Shown here: in pieces, positions 12,640-23,897 of the stretch
Layout of the letters: every line of letters starts with the position of its first letter
How positions within the stretch are numbered: position 1 is the stretch's first letter
NCBI GenBank assembly: GCA_963814585.1
Contig: CAWFDF010000009.1
Span: forward strand, 64,001-128,000
Origin: an uncultured delta proteobacterium
GTDB taxonomy: Bacteria; Myxococcota; Myxococcia; Myxococcales; Anaeromyxobacteraceae
Direction: 5' to 3'
DNA length: 64,000 nt
The notes under the pieces: model-generated
The model's input: the letters and a program-made list of their open reading frames with translations, nothing else
Databases searched by the model: none
Told to the model about the DNA's origin: nothing
Made by a program: the position numbers and the translations under genes

Positions 12640-13482
12640 GTGGTGACCGCGCTCGCCGCCGCCCTGCTGCTCGCCGCCGGCCCGGTCGGCCTGCCAGCGC
12701 TGCTGGCCGCCGCCGGGTCTGCGCCCGCCGGCGGCCCGCGCGCCGTCGCGGCCTCGGCGCCCCTGCTCGGGGTCCGCTACCGGCTCGGCCCCCTCGGCGA
12801 GGGGCGCGGCCCCGACCCCGACCCGCGCTTCCGCCTCGACGCCTTCGACTGCGTCACCTTCATCGAGACCGCCCTGGCGCTCGGCGCCGGGCGGGACGAG
12901 GAGGAGGTGCGCCGCGCCCTCGACGACCTCCGCTACGGCCAGGCGGTCGAGCTGGCCGATCGCGGCCACGAGGTGCTCTCCCAGTGGATTCCACGCAACG
13001 TGGAGAAGGGCTGGATCCGGCCCATCTCGCGCGAGCTGGCCGGCGACGCCGCCGTCGAGGCCGCCACCACCTACGACCCGGCCCGCTGGGCGGCGCTGGC
13101 CGGGCGCGGCCGCGGCTTCGCCGGCGTCCCCGCCGCGCTGCTGCCGGGCGGCCGCTTCGCCACCGAGGTGATCCCGCCGGCCGCGCTCGGCGCCGTCGAG
13201 CCGCGGCTGCCCGACGGCGCCGTGGTCTGGGTGGTCCGCGAGGATCGGCTCGACCAGGTGACGCGGGTCACGCACGGTGGGCTGGTGGTGGTGAGGGGCG
13301 GGCGCCGCTGGGTGCGCCACGCCAGCTCCCGGCCCAGCCTGCTGCGGGTGGTGGAGGAGCCGCTGGCCGACTTCGTCGAGCGGCAGCGGCAGGCCTCCTC
13401 CCGCCCCCTGACCGGGCTGGCCGTCTTCGCGGCGCCGGACAACCGGACCAGGCTCGCCCGCCTGCCTCCGCTGGCACCCTGA
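12640..13482 (+). CDS. DUF1460 family NlpC/P60-like N-acetylmuramoyl-L-alanine amidase
   Basis: Signal peptide, LLGVRYRLGPLGEG...FRLDAFDCVTFIETALAL (catalytic Cys), VTHGGLVV...VRHASS. Confidence 0.85.
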   Translation: MVTALAAALLLAAGPVGLPALLAAAGSAPAGGPRAVAASAPLLGVRYRLGPLGEGRGPDPDPRFRLDAFDCVTFIETALALGAGRDEEEVRRALDDLRYGQAVELADRGHEVLSQWIPRNVEKGWIRPISRELAGDAAVEAATTYDPARWAALAGRGRGFAGVPAALLPGGRFATEVIPPAALGAVEPRLPDGAVVWVVREDRLDQVTRVTHGGLVVVRGGRRWVRHASSRPSLLRVVEEPLADFVERQRQASSRPLTGLAVFAAPDNRTRLARLPPLAP

Positions 13483-13618
13483 ATTCCTCGGGAATTCCGG
13501 TTGTCACGGGAGGGGCCGTGCGCCCTCCCTTGTTTTCCAGCAGAACCACCGGCAAGCGCGCCGCATCGGGCGGCGAAATACCCGGCGGCCCCCCACGTAG
13601 GGGGGGCACGAGCCCACC

Positions 13619-14365
13619 ATGTCCCGCACCGAACTGATCGCAGACGGCGCCGCCGCCGCAGCCGTCCTCACCGCGCCGGGTCGCGGCCTCGACCTGGTGG
13701 TGACCCGCCGGCGCAGCCTGGGCGCACTCGGCCTCGCCACCATCGCCTCGATCCTCTTCGCCCTCGCCGCCGCCCCCCGCCTCGACTTCGAGAAGGCCGC
13801 CTCGCGCCAGCTGGAGAAGGGTCCGGACGCGGCCGAGATGACGCCCTTCCAGCAGGAGGAGGCGGTCACCCAGGCCCGCAAGATCGGCACCATCGCCGTC
13901 TACGCCGGCTCCGTCTTCAGCCCGGCCATCTCGGTGCTGGTGGCCGCCTTCTGCCTCTGGCTCGGCTTCAAGGTGGCCGGGGCCGCGCCGCCGTTCAGGG
14001 GGACGCTGGCGGTGGCGGCCCACGGCCTGCTGCCGGTGCTGCTGGCGCCGCTGCTCGTCATCCCGGCCGTCATCGCCAGGGCGCCGGTCGATCCCGAGGC
14101 GCTGGGGCGCCTGCTGCCGTCGAGCCTGGCCGCCTTCCTGCCGGCCCAGGCGTCGCCGGTCCTGGTGGCCCTGGCCTCCTCGTTCGACGTCTTCTCCTTC
14201 TGGTCGCTGGCGCTGGTGACCATGGGGATGATCCGGCTCTCCGGCGCTTCACCGCGGCGCGCCGCCACCGTGGTCGGCCTGCTCTGGCTGGCGCAGGTCG
14301 CCCTCCTCCGCATCGCCCCCGCCGCCGCCCTGGCCGCCAGCCGCGGCCTGGCCGGGGGCGCCTGA
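13619..14365 (+). CDS. Yip1 family membrane protein (YknW-like)
   Basis: About five hydrophobic segments, [10 protein letters not shown]...[15 protein letters not shown]. First gene of the exporter operon. Confidence 0.75.
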   Translation: MSRTELIADGAAAAAVLTAPGRGLDLVVTRRRSLGALGLATIASILFALAAAPRLDFEKAASRQLEKGPDAAEMTPFQQEEAVTQARKIGTIAVYAGSVFSPAISVLVAAFCLWLGFKVAGAAPPFRGTLAVAAHGLLPVLLAPLLVIPAVIARAPVDPEALGRLLPSSLAAFLPAQASPVLVALASSFDVFSFWSLALVTMGMIRLSGASPRRAATVVGLLWLAQVALLRIAPAAALAASRGLAGGA

Positions 14366-14370
14366 TCCCC

Positions 14371-15705
14371 ATGAACCGAACGCTCCTCGCCCTCGCCCTC
14401 GCCGCGCCGCTCGGCGCCGCCGCCGCCCCCATCACGCTCGACGAGGCGCTGGTGCTGGCCGCCCAGCACAGCCACGACCTCGGCATCGCCGAGGCCGACG
14501 CGCGGCTGGCCGGCGCCGACCAGCTCGGCGCCCTCCAGGGCGTGCTGCCGCGCCTCGACCTCGCCGCCAGCGGCGGCCGCCAGTACTTCGGCGCCAGCTC
14601 GGTCTCGCGGGTCGACCCCACCACCGGCTTCGTCATCCCGCCGGCCGACGCCTCGGACTACGGCGCCTACACCTTCAGCCTCAGCCTGACCCAGCCGCTC
14701 TTCGACCTGGCGGCCTTCAAGCGGCTCACCTCCTCCAAGGCCTCGGCCCGGGCCGCCAGCCGCAGCTACGACGAGTCCCGGCTGGCGGTGGCCTTCGACG
14801 TGACCCGCCGCTTCTACGAGCTGGTCAGGGCCGAGCGATCGCTGGGGGTGCTGGAGAAGGCGGCCCGGCGGAGCGGCGAGCTGGTGGAGCGGGCCGACGC
14901 CCTCTACGCCGCCGGCCGCGCCCAGAAGCTCGACACCCTGTCCGCCCGGGTGAACCTCGGCAACGACCGCATCGCGGTGGAGCAGGGGCGCACCCGCCTG
15001 GTCCAGGCCCGGTCCGACCTGGCCCTGGCCCTCGGCCAGCCCGGCAGCGACGCCATCGAGGTGGTGGCCCCCGCCGCGCTGGAGGCGCCCGGCCTGCCCG
15101 CCGGCGAGCCGCCGGCCCTGGAGGCGCTCCTGGCCACCGCCCGCGACCGGCGCCCCGCGCTGGCCGCCGCCGCGGCCCAGGTCGAGGCCGCCGACGCCGC
15201 GCTGGGGGTGTCCCGCGGCGGCTGGTGGCCCACCCTGGCGCTGCAGGGCAGCTACGCCCGCAGCGGCTACAACGCCACCGGCGACGGCGGCGTGGTCGGC
15301 GACCCCACCAAGGACTACGCCGCCACCGTCGGCCTGGTGCTCTCCTGGAACCTCTTCGCCGGCCGCTCCACCGAGGCCTCGGTGGGCCGCGCCGAGGCCG
15401 GCCTGGACCGCGCCCGCGCCACCGCCGCCAGGACCGTCGACGGCGTGGCCGGGCAGGTCTCCAGCGCCCGCCAGGCCGTGCTGGCCCAGGCCCGCCAGGT
15501 CTCGCTGGCCGCCGACAACTTCTCCGCCGCCGAGCAGTCGCTGTCGCTGGCCCGGCAGCGGTTCGACGCCGGGCTGGCCTCGCAGCTCGAGGTCCGCGAC
15601 GCCTCCCTGAAGTTCACCCAGGCCGAGCTCTCGCTCGTGCAAGCCCGCATCGACCACGCCGTCGCCACCGCCGACCTGGCGCGCGCCGTCGGAGGAGCCA
15701 TCTAG
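14371..15705 (+). CDS. TolC family outer membrane efflux protein
   Basis: [11 protein letters not shown] signal peptide, [39 protein letters not shown]. Two OEP repeats. Confidence 0.92.
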   Translation: MNRTLLALALAAPLGAAAAPITLDEALVLAAQHSHDLGIAEADARLAGADQLGALQGVLPRLDLAASGGRQYFGASSVSRVDPTTGFVIPPADASDYGAYTFSLSLTQPLFDLAAFKRLTSSKASARAASRSYDESRLAVAFDVTRRFYELVRAERSLGVLEKAARRSGELVERADALYAAGRAQKLDTLSARVNLGNDRIAVEQGRTRLVQARSDLALALGQPGSDAIEVVAPAALEAPGLPAGEPPALEALLATARDRRPALAAAAAQVEAADAALGVSRGGWWPTLALQGSYARSGYNATGDGGVVGDPTKDYAATVGLVLSWNLFAGRSTEASVGRAEAGLDRARATAARTVDGVAGQVSSARQAVLAQARQVSLAADNFSAAEQSLSLARQRFDAGLASQLEVRDASLKFTQAELSLVQARIDHAVATADLARAVGGAI

Positions 15706-17070
15706 ATGGACGCCCAGACCACGCCGCCCGCCCCGCCCGCCACCGCCGCCATCCGCATGAGCTGGCCCAAGCGGATCTTCGCCGTCCTCTTCGTGCTGGC
15801 CATCGCCGGCGTGGTGGCCGCCTCGCTCAAGCCCAAGGCGGAGCCGCCGGCCAAGGTGCAGGCCAGCCCGGCCCGCAAGGGGGCCATCACCAGGGTGGTC
15901 ACCGCCGGCGGCAAGCTGCAGGCCGCCACCGAGGTGAAGCTCTCCTCCAACATCACCGGCGATCTCGTCGAGCTGCTGATCCGCGAGGGCGACCGGGTGA
16001 CCCGCGGCCAGGTGCTCGGCCGCATCGACGCCCGCCGCTACGGCGCCCAGCTCAACCAGTCGGAGGCGGCCCGCAACAGCGCCGCCGCCGAGACCGAGGT
16101 GCAGAACGTCCGGGCCGCGCAGCTCAAGGCCGAGCTGGCCCGCGTCGAGCGGCTGGTGGCCAGCCAGAACGCCAGCGCCGCCGAGGCCGAGAAGGCCCGC
16201 GCCGAGCTGGACGGAGCCGTCGCCCAGGCCGCCGCCGCCGCGCAGCGCCTGGCCCAGGCCGACGCCGCGCTGCGCGAGGCCCGCCACCAGTTCTCGCTCA
16301 CCACCATCACCGCCCCCATGGACGGCATCGTCACCCAGCGGCTCAAGCAGGTCGGCGAGCGGGTGCGCGGCTCCGACTTCTCCGAGGACGTGCTGATGGT
16401 CATCTCCACCCTCTCCAAGATGGAGATGAAGATGGAGGTGGGCGAGCACGAGGTGGTCTACGTGAAGGAGGGCGACCCGGCCGAGGTCGAGATCGACGCC
16501 TTCACCGACCGCAAGTTCAAGGCCCAGGTGGTGGAGGTGGCCCGCAACGCCACCATCAAGAACCTCGGCACCGAGCAGGAGGTGACCACCTTCATCGTCC
16601 GCCTGGCGCTGGTCGACCAGGTCCCCGGCGCCCTGCCCGGCATGAGCGCGCAGGCCGCGGTCTCCACCGACACCCGCGCCGACGCCGTGGTGGTCCCCAT
16701 CCAGGCGGTCACCGTCCGCAGCGAGAAGGAGCTGGCGACGCCGGGGCCGTCGCCGGAGAAGGCCGAGCCGCAGCCGGCCCAGCCGGCGCCGGGCAAGAAG
16801 GCCCGGAAGGAGCGGCTGCAGAAGGTGGTCTTCGTGGTGGTGGACGGCGAGGTGAAGGCCCGCCCGGTGGAGACCGGCCTGGCCTCCGACACCGAGATCG
16901 AGCTGATCTCCGGCGTGAAGGAGGGCGAGGTGGTGGTGGAGGGGCCCTACCGCGTCCTGGCCCGCGACCTGGCCGACGGCAAGAAGGTCACCATCGACGC
17001 GCCCCCGGTCAAGCCGGGCGCCGAGGCGGGCAAGGACGCCGGCAAGGCCGACAAGGCCAAGGCGCCGTGA
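15706..17070 (+). CDS. Periplasmic adaptor (membrane fusion protein, MacA/YknX-like)
   Basis: N-terminal TM helix, lipoyl halves ([24 protein letters not shown]), [27 protein letters not shown]. Confidence 0.92.
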   Translation: MDAQTTPPAPPATAAIRMSWPKRIFAVLFVLAIAGVVAASLKPKAEPPAKVQASPARKGAITRVVTAGGKLQAATEVKLSSNITGDLVELLIREGDRVTRGQVLGRIDARRYGAQLNQSEAARNSAAAETEVQNVRAAQLKAELARVERLVASQNASAAEAEKARAELDGAVAQAAAAAQRLAQADAALREARHQFSLTTITAPMDGIVTQRLKQVGERVRGSDFSEDVLMVISTLSKMEMKMEVGEHEVVYVKEGDPAEVEIDAFTDRKFKAQVVEVARNATIKNLGTEQEVTTFIVRLALVDQVPGALPGMSAQAAVSTDTRADAVVVPIQAVTVRSEKELATPGPSPEKAEPQPAQPAPGKKARKERLQKVVFVVVDGEVKARPVETGLASDTEIELISGVKEGEVVVEGPYRVLARDLADGKKVTIDAPPVKPGAEAGKDAGKADKAKAP

Positions 17071-17075
17071 ACGCC

Positions 17076-17800
<725 letters not shown>

Positions 17801-17804
<4 letters not shown>

Positions 17805-19051
17805 GGCCCGCCTGGCAGCGGACGGTGTCGGAGTGGGTGGAGGGCGTCCGCATCGCCCTCTCCTCGCTGGCCGCCAACCACCTGCGCACCTTCCTCACCA
17901 CGCTCGGCATCGTCATCGGCGTGATGACGGTGATCGCCATCATCGCCATCATCGACGGGCTCAACCAGAGCTTCGCCACCCAGATCGGCAACCTCGGGAC
18001 GCACACCCTCTACGTCGACAAGTGGCAGTGGATCAACACCCGCGACGACTGGTGGAACATGCGCAACCGCAAGAACATGGGGCGCGAGGAGCTGGAGGCC
18101 ATCGAGCGCGAGGCCGGCGAGGCGCTGGCGGTGGCCCCCATGGCCGGGCGGCCCGTCAGCGTGGCCGCCGGCGACGTGGAGCTGGAGCGGATCCGCTGCA
18201 CCGGCACCAACGAGCGCTACCTGGAGACCGGCGGGGGCACGGTGGCGGCGGGCCGCTTCCTCGGCCCCTCCGACGTCGAGCTCTCGCGCAGCGTGGTGGT
18301 GCTGGGGGCCGACGTGGCCGACCGGCTCTTCCCCCGGGTGCCGCTGGAGCAGGTGGTGGGGAAGCGGGTGCGGGTGCGCGGCGACCCGTACTCGGTGATC
18401 GGCGTCATGGCGCGGCGCGGGCGGATGCTGGGGATGGACCTGGACACCAACGTCACCGTCCCCTTCACCACCTTCCTGCGCGACATGGGAGGCAAGCGCT
18501 CCATCACCATCGCGGTGACCTCGGCGCCGGGGCGGCTGGCGGCGCTCGAGGACGAGCTGGTCGGGGTGCTGCGCCGGGCGCGGCGGGTCCCGCCGGAGAA
18601 GGGCGACGACTTCTCCATCAACCGCCAGGACCAGTTCCTCAAGCTCTACAACCAGCTCACCGGCGCCCTCTACGGCGTGGCGGTGGGCGTCGGCCTGATC
18701 ACGCTCATCGTCGGCGGCATCGGCATCATGAACATCATGATGGTCTCGGTGACCGAGCGGACCCGCGAGATCGGCGTGCGGCGCGCCCTGGGGGCGAGGA
18801 AGCGCACCATCCTGCTGCAGTTCCTCATCGAGTCCTCGGTGGTGGCGGCGCTGGGCGGCGCGGTGGGCACCGGCCTCGGCCTCGGCGTGGCGGTGCTGGT
18901 GGCGCTGCTCTCGCCGCTGGCGGCGGCGGTGACGCCCGGGGCGGTGGCGCTCGGGCTGGGCTTCTCGGCCACGGTCGGGCTGCTCTTCGGCATCTGGCCG
19001 GCCTGGCGGGCCGCCAACCTCGATCCGGTGGAGGCGCTGCGCTACGAATGA
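17801..19051 (+). CDS. ABC transporter permease (MacB-PCD/FtsX family)
   Basis: [14 protein letters not shown]...[29 protein letters not shown]...[17 protein letters not shown]. Confidence 0.93.
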
Positions 19052-20283
19052 CCCGGCTCCTCGACAACGTGACCATGGCGCTCGGCACCCTCCGGGCCAA
19101 CCCGCTCCGCTCCCTGCTCACCCTGCTCGGCATCGTCATCGGCGCCGGCACGGTGGTGGCGATGATGTCGCTCACCGAGGGGCTGCGTCTCAAGGTCACC
19201 ACCGACTTCGCCATGCTCGGCCCCGGCACCTTCCAGGTGCAGAAGTGGCCGGCCCCCGGCACCTTCGGCCACCGCGACTGGCGCAAGTACGATCAGCGCC
19301 GCCCCATCACCCGCGAGCAGGGCGAGGCGCTGCGGGACCTCCCCCACATCCGGCTGGTCTCGATCGAGGAGTACCCCAACCGGCCCGAGGCGGTGTCCAC
19401 CCGCAAGAAGTCCACCAAGCAGAACGTCGACGTCGGCGGCGTGCTCCCCGACTACCTGGAGGCCAACGGCGTCACCATCGCCCAGGGGCGGTTCATCACC
19501 GACGGCGACGTGGAGCTGGGGCGCCGGGTGGTGGTGATCGGCGCCGACGTGGCCGACGTCCTCTTCCCCGACGGGCAGGCGCTGGGCGAGGAGGTCCGGC
19601 TGCGCGGCCGGCCCTTCGAGGTGGTCGGCGTGGCCCAGCGGCAGGGCAGCGTGCTGGGGCTCAAGTCCAAGGACGGCTGGGCGATGATGCCGTGGCCGGC
19701 CTACGAGGTGGCCTTCGGCCGGAACCCCAACAACAACGTGGCGCTGGTGGCCAGCTCGCCGGAGGACATCCAGAAGGCCATCGACGAGGTGGTGACCCGG
19801 CTGCGGCGGCTGCGCGGCCTCGCCCCCGGCGAGGAGAACGACTTCGACTACTACACCAACGAGTCGGCCACCGAGACGCTCGACCAGCTCATCACCATGA
19901 TCGGCGCGGCCACCTTCGGCGTCTGCGCGCTGGCGCTGCTGGTGGGCGGCATCGGCATCATGAACATCATGCTGGTCTCGGTCACCGAGCGGACCCGGGA
20001 GATCGGCGTCCGCAAGGCGCTGGGGGCGCGGCGCGGCCGCATCCTGGCCCAGTTCCTCTTCGAGGCGGTGACGCTCTCGGCGCTGGGCGGCCTGCTCGGG
20101 GTGCTGCTGGGCGGCGGCGTGGCGGTGGGGCTGCGCGAGGTGATGTCGGTTCCGACGAGCATCCCGGCGTGGGCGGTGCTACTGTCGCTCTTCACCGCGT
20201 GCGGGGCCGGTCTGCTCTTCGGCATCTACCCCGCGGCCCGGGCCTCGCGCCTGGACCCCGTCGAGGCGATGCGGACCGAATAG
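19048..20283 (+). CDS. ABC transporter permease (MacB-PCD/FtsX family), second paralog
   Basis: [13 protein letters not shown]...[29 protein letters not shown]...[17 protein letters not shown]. Confidence 0.93.
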   Translation: MTRLLDNVTMALGTLRANPLRSLLTLLGIVIGAGTVVAMMSLTEGLRLKVTTDFAMLGPGTFQVQKWPAPGTFGHRDWRKYDQRRPITREQGEALRDLPHIRLVSIEEYPNRPEAVSTRKKSTKQNVDVGGVLPDYLEANGVTIAQGRFITDGDVELGRRVVVIGADVADVLFPDGQALGEEVRLRGRPFEVVGVAQRQGSVLGLKSKDGWAMMPWPAYEVAFGRNPNNNVALVASSPEDIQKAIDEVVTRLRRLRGLAPGEENDFDYYTNESATETLDQLITMIGAATFGVCALALLVGGIGIMNIMLVSVTERTREIGVRKALGARRGRILAQFLFEAVTLSALGGLLGVLLGGGVAVGLREVMSVPTSIPAWAVLLSLFTACGAGLLFGIYPAARASRLDPVEAMRTE

Positions 20284-20297
20284 GAGCGGCCAGCCGC

Positions 20298-20987
20298 GTG
20301 GATCGTGCCAAGTTGAAGAGCGAGGTGAAGGGCTGGGTCTTCACCATCCTCGCGGTGCTGGCCTTCCGGACGTTCCTCTTCGAGGCGGTCTACATCCCCT
20401 CCGGCTCGATGCTCCCGACGCTGCAGATCGGCGACTACGTGGTGGTGGAGAAGTGGGCCTACGGCGCCCGCCTCCCCTTCACCGCCACCGCCCAGCTCGG
20501 CTGGGCGACGCCGGAGCGCGGCGACATCGTGGTCTTCCTCAACCCCAACGGCGGCTCGGGCGCCGACGACCTGATCAAGCGGGTGGTCGGCGTGGGCGGC
20601 GACGTGGTGGAGATCCGCGACGGCCGGCTGGTGGTCAACCACCGCCCGGTGGAGCGGGCCGCGGTGCCGGGCCCCTGCACCTACTGGAACCGGCCCGACC
20701 GCGGCGGCTGGGTGGAGGAGCCCTGCACCGACTTCGTCGAGAAGCTCGACGGCCACGCCTACCACACCCACTGCACCCCCGACCGGCCCTGCGGGGACGT
20801 GATCCGGCAGGTGGTGCCGGAGGGGCACGTCTTCCTGGCCGGCGACCACCGCGACCACTCCGCCGACAGCCGGGTCTTCGGCCCGGTGCCGGTGGGGCGG
20901 ATCAAGGGGCGGGCCTGGGTGGCGCTGCTCTCCTGGGGGCCGAACGGGCCGCGCTGGGACCGGCTGTTCCACGGGGTGAAGCACTAG
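20298..20987 (+). CDS. lepB: Signal peptidase I
   Basis: IPSGSMLPTLQIGD (catalytic Ser), RGDIVVF, LIKRVVG (catalytic Lys), GDHRDHSADSRVFG. AGGAG RBS upstream. Confidence 0.93.
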   Translation: MDRAKLKSEVKGWVFTILAVLAFRTFLFEAVYIPSGSMLPTLQIGDYVVVEKWAYGARLPFTATAQLGWATPERGDIVVFLNPNGGSGADDLIKRVVGVGGDVVEIRDGRLVVNHRPVERAAVPGPCTYWNRPDRGGWVEEPCTDFVEKLDGHAYHTHCTPDRPCGDVIRQVVPEGHVFLAGDHRDHSADSRVFGPVPVGRIKGRAWVALLSWGPNGPRWDRLFHGVKH

Positions 20988-21005
20988 GCTGAGGCCCCTC
21001 GATGG

Positions 21006-21159
21006 CGATTCCCGACGTCGGGAATCGGCCGTCCCGGAGGCCCCTCCTCTGCGACCTCTGACGTCAGAAACGGACCCAGAGTCAAACGGAGAACTGCCGC
21101 TGGAACTGCAGTGAGTTGCCGAGCAACGCGGACTCAAAGTCACCTTGGGCGCCCAAGGT
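21006..21159. repeat. Three different perfect palindromes left of the IS
   Basis: CGATTCCCGACGTCGGGAATCG (21006-21027), TCTGACGTCAGA (21057-21068), ACCTTGGGCGCCCAAGGT (21142-21159). Confidence 0.9.
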
Positions 21160-21208
21160 TGCGAAGGAAGGGCTCCAGGCGGGGTGGGTCATTTTCATTT
21201 CGGGCGCG

Positions 21209-22489
21209 GTCCAGACCGGCTACATCGGTAACGGGCAGACCGGAGACATGGGTAACAGTCTCGGCCCATGCCCTGGACCCAGACCGACCCGATGAGCGAG
21301 CGACTTCGATTCGTGATGGCGCAGCGCAAGCGCAGGTCCACGTTCAGCAGCCTCTGCGCTGCGTTCGGCGTGGCACCGAAGACGGGCTACAAGTGGTTGC
21401 ACCAGTTCGAGGCGTCCGGTGTCGCTGGGCTGCAGGACCGCTCCCGCCGGCCCAAGGGCAACAGCCGAAGCATCTCCGCGACCATGGGCGAGCGCCTGGT
21501 GGAGCTGCGTGGCTTCCATCCCACCTGGGGTCCCAAGAAGCTCGTCGCGTGGCTCGAGGCCAACGAGCGCTGGTGGGATGTGCCGGCTGCGAGCACGGTG
21601 GGCGAACTGCTGAAGCGGCGTGGCCTGGTGAACTCGCGCAAGCGCCAGCGGCATCAGCAACCTCGCACCGATCCGCTGCGCCACGCGGACAAGCCCAACG
21701 CCGTCTGGGCAATGGACTTCAAAGGGTGGTTCCGGCTTGGCGACGGCAGTCGCTGCGATCCACTGACCATCACCGACGCGTTCAGCCGCTACCTCATCTG
21801 CTGCAAGGCCGGGGCGTTGGTGGGCGATGAGGTCTCCAGGGACGTCTGGTGGGCGCTGGTACGAGCATTCCGCGAGTACGGGATACCAACCGCCATCCGC
21901 GTCGACAACGGTCAGCCTTGGGTGGCCCCCAAGGGAAGCCTCGGCCTCACCCAGCTCGCGGTGAAGATCCTGAAGGCCGACATCGCGCTCGAGCGCATCC
22001 GGCCTGCCAAGCCGCAAGACAACGGACGGCACGAGAGATTCCACCTGACGTTGAAGCAGGAGACGGCACAGCCTCCCTCCGAGACGATGCGCGCGCAGCA
22101 GGATCGCTTCGACCTCTTCCAGCGCGAGTACAACCAGGAGCGCCCGCACGAAGCCCTGCAGCAGCGTCCACCAGGTCAGGTTTACGTCGGCTCGCGACGA
22201 GCATTCCCGAGCCGCCTCCCCGAGCCTGAATACCCGAACTGGTACTCCACCGTTGCTCTCAACCCTGGAGGCCTGATGCGACTTGGAGGCACGACCTACT
22301 TCATCAGCACCGCGCTCGAAGGCGAGAGAGTCGGCTTCGTCGAAGTCGAGGAGGGATGCTTTGAGCTCTACTTCTGCAAGATGCTCCTCGGCCGCATCCA
22401 CGTCGCACACCCTGAACTTGGCTTCATCGCCGCCTGAGGACTGTTACCGATGTCTCCGGTCTGGTCGTTACCCATGTTTCCGGTTGCAC
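21209..22489 (+). mobile_element. IS481-family insertion sequence
   Basis: Imperfect inverted repeats of about 50 bp (21209-21260 versus 22439-22489), each with two copies of an accggagacat(c/g)ggtaac-like unit, enclosing one transposase. Visibly lower GC than the flanks. Confidence 0.85.
21268..22437 (+). CDS. IS481-family DDE transposase
   Basis: MPW...ERLRFV...FGVAPKTGYKWL (HTH), HPTWGPKKL, PNAVWAMDFKGWF...PLTITDAFSRY, IRVDNG, PQDNGRHERFHLTLKQE, YNQERPHEAL. Confidence 0.93.
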   Translation: MPWTQTDPMSERLRFVMAQRKRRSTFSSLCAAFGVAPKTGYKWLHQFEASGVAGLQDRSRRPKGNSRSISATMGERLVELRGFHPTWGPKKLVAWLEANERWWDVPAASTVGELLKRRGLVNSRKRQRHQQPRTDPLRHADKPNAVWAMDFKGWFRLGDGSRCDPLTITDAFSRYLICCKAGALVGDEVSRDVWWALVRAFREYGIPTAIRVDNGQPWVAPKGSLGLTQLAVKILKADIALERIRPAKPQDNGRHERFHLTLKQETAQPPSETMRAQQDRFDLFQREYNQERPHEALQQRPPGQVYVGSRRAFPSRLPEPEYPNWYSTVALNPGGLMRLGGTTYFISTALEGERVGFVEVEEGCFELYFCKMLLGRIHVAHPELGFIAA

Positions 22490-22523
22490 CTTGACTGAAC
22501 CGGCAGTGCGGGCGCTTGAGTGG

Positions 22524-22593
22524 AGTCCAAACGTTTGGACTGGTCCGCCAGTTGCGGCCACCCGTACCCTGAGTTGGTTCTGACGTCAGAACC
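22524..22593. repeat. Two different perfect 18-bp palindromes right of the IS
   Basis: AGTCCAAACGTTTGGACT (22524-22541) and GGTTCTGACGTCAGAACC (22576-22593). Confidence 0.9.
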
Positions 22594-22676
22594 GCCCTCT
22601 GAGTACGTTCAGGCCACGGCTCGATCGATGACCTCGCCCTCCGCGGAGCCGCCCGCCGCCGCGGACCCTTCGCAGC

Positions 22677-22752
22677 GCCTCTCGCTCGCCATCCGGCGCC
22701 GCCGCCTCGCACTCCCCCTCGCAATGCCTCTCGCTCGCCGTCCGGCGCCGCC
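22677..22752. repeat. 27-bp direct repeat (2 copies, 1 mismatch)
   Basis: gcctctcgctcgcc(a/g)tccggcgccgcc at 22677-22703 and 22726-22752. Confidence 0.8.
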
Positions 22753-22838
22753 ATCCCCGCGCGACCGTTTCTCTGGCCCCCACCCCCCGCCCGCGCCATG
22801 TCCTCCCCGGCGTCGTCGCGCCCCCCGAGGAGCCTTCC

Positions 22839-23273
22839 CTGGCCGAGCTCAAGACCAAGGTCCGCACCGCCAGCGCCAGCGCCTACCTGGCGGCCCTCCC
22901 CGACCCGCGCCGCCGCAAGGACGCAAGGACCGTCGCCGCGCTGATGCGCCGGCTCACCGGCAGCCCGGCCAGGCGCTGGGGGCCGAGCATCATCGGCTTC
23001 GGCCAGGTCCGGCTCCGCTACGCCAGCGGGCGCGAGCTCGACTGGTTCCTGGTCGGCTTCGCGCCGCGCCGGCCGGCCATGGTGCTCTACCTCGGCCTCG
23101 GCGACCTGCTCACCGCGGCGGCCTTGAAGAAGCTCGGCCCCCACCAGCGCGGCCCCAATGCCAACTCGGGCTGCCTCTACCTGAAGACGCTCGAGGGGGT
23201 CGAACTCAAGGTGCTCGAGGGGCTGGTGCGCACCGCCATCGAGCGGGTGCGCGCCAGGGCCGTCAAAGGCTGA
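22839..23273 (+). CDS. DUF1801 (YdhG-like) domain protein with an apparent CTG start
   Basis: The frame of ORF 22944 extends upstream to (L)AELKTKVRTASASAYLAALPDPRRRKDA...WGPSIIGFG...YASGRELDWFLVGFAPR...GCLYLK. GAGGAG lies 6 nt before CTG 22839. Confidence 0.8.
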   Translation: MAELKTKVRTASASAYLAALPDPRRRKDARTVAALMRRLTGSPARRWGPSIIGFGQVRLRYASGRELDWFLVGFAPRRPAMVLYLGLGDLLTAAALKKLGPHQRGPNANSGCLYLKTLEGVELKVLEGLVRTAIERVRARAVKG

Positions 23274-23897
23274 GCCTCCCGCACGCCGCCCTCACCGCCT
23301 CGACCGCCGTCCCCACCGCCGCCGCAACGGCCGGCGTGAGCCCCTCGCCGACGAGATCCATCACCTCCGCCTCCACCAGCACCAGCTCGATCCGCCCCGG
23401 CACCGGCGCCCCGGAGGCCCGCGCCAGCGCCAGGGCCGACGGCAGCCCGACGGCGTGCGGCGACGGGCCGGCCGGCGTGTGGAGCGCCTCGAGCGGCAGG
23501 GCGTGGACGGTGCCGGGCGGGTGCTGGCCGGTCTGGATGGCGTCCACCACCACCACCCGGTCGAACCCCTCCATGTCGTCGAGCAGGTAGAGCCCGGCCC
23601 GCGCACTCACCTTCACGGCCGCCCCCGGCGGCGGCGCCGCCTCGAGCACCCTCGCCACGTGGAGCGCCACCGCGTCGTCGCGGCGCAGCGGGTTGCCGAG
23701 GCAGAGGACCAGCAGTGCGTCGCTCGCGTCCTGCGCGATCGGCCGCGTGGGCCGGGGGTGAGCCGGCTGCCGGCGGAGCGGGTGCGGCGGAGCGGGTGCG
23801 GTGGAGCGGATGCCGGGGAGCGGGCGCCGAGGGCGGGTGCAGTAGGGCGTGAGGTCGGCGCGGTGCCGGTGGGCGCAGGTGCCACCGGGCGCCTCAC
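23263..23897 (-). CDS. Hydrogenase maturation protease (HyaD/HycI family); 5' end out of frame or uncertain, conserved core about 23263-23720
   Basis: LLVLCLGNPLRRDDAVAL, DRVVVVDAI, SPHAVGL. The only coupled start (GTG 23897) is in another frame. Confidence 0.8.
23772..23827. repeat. 14-bp tandem repeat, 4 copies (2 identical)
   Basis: ggcggagcgggtgc / ggcggagcgggtgc / ggtggagcggatgc / cggggagcgggcgc. Confidence 0.8.

Noticed and set aside
21006..22593. Palindromes as canonical parS sites or intrinsic terminators
   Set aside because: The arms do not match the TGTTNCACGTGAAACA consensus, and they have no loop or U-tract.
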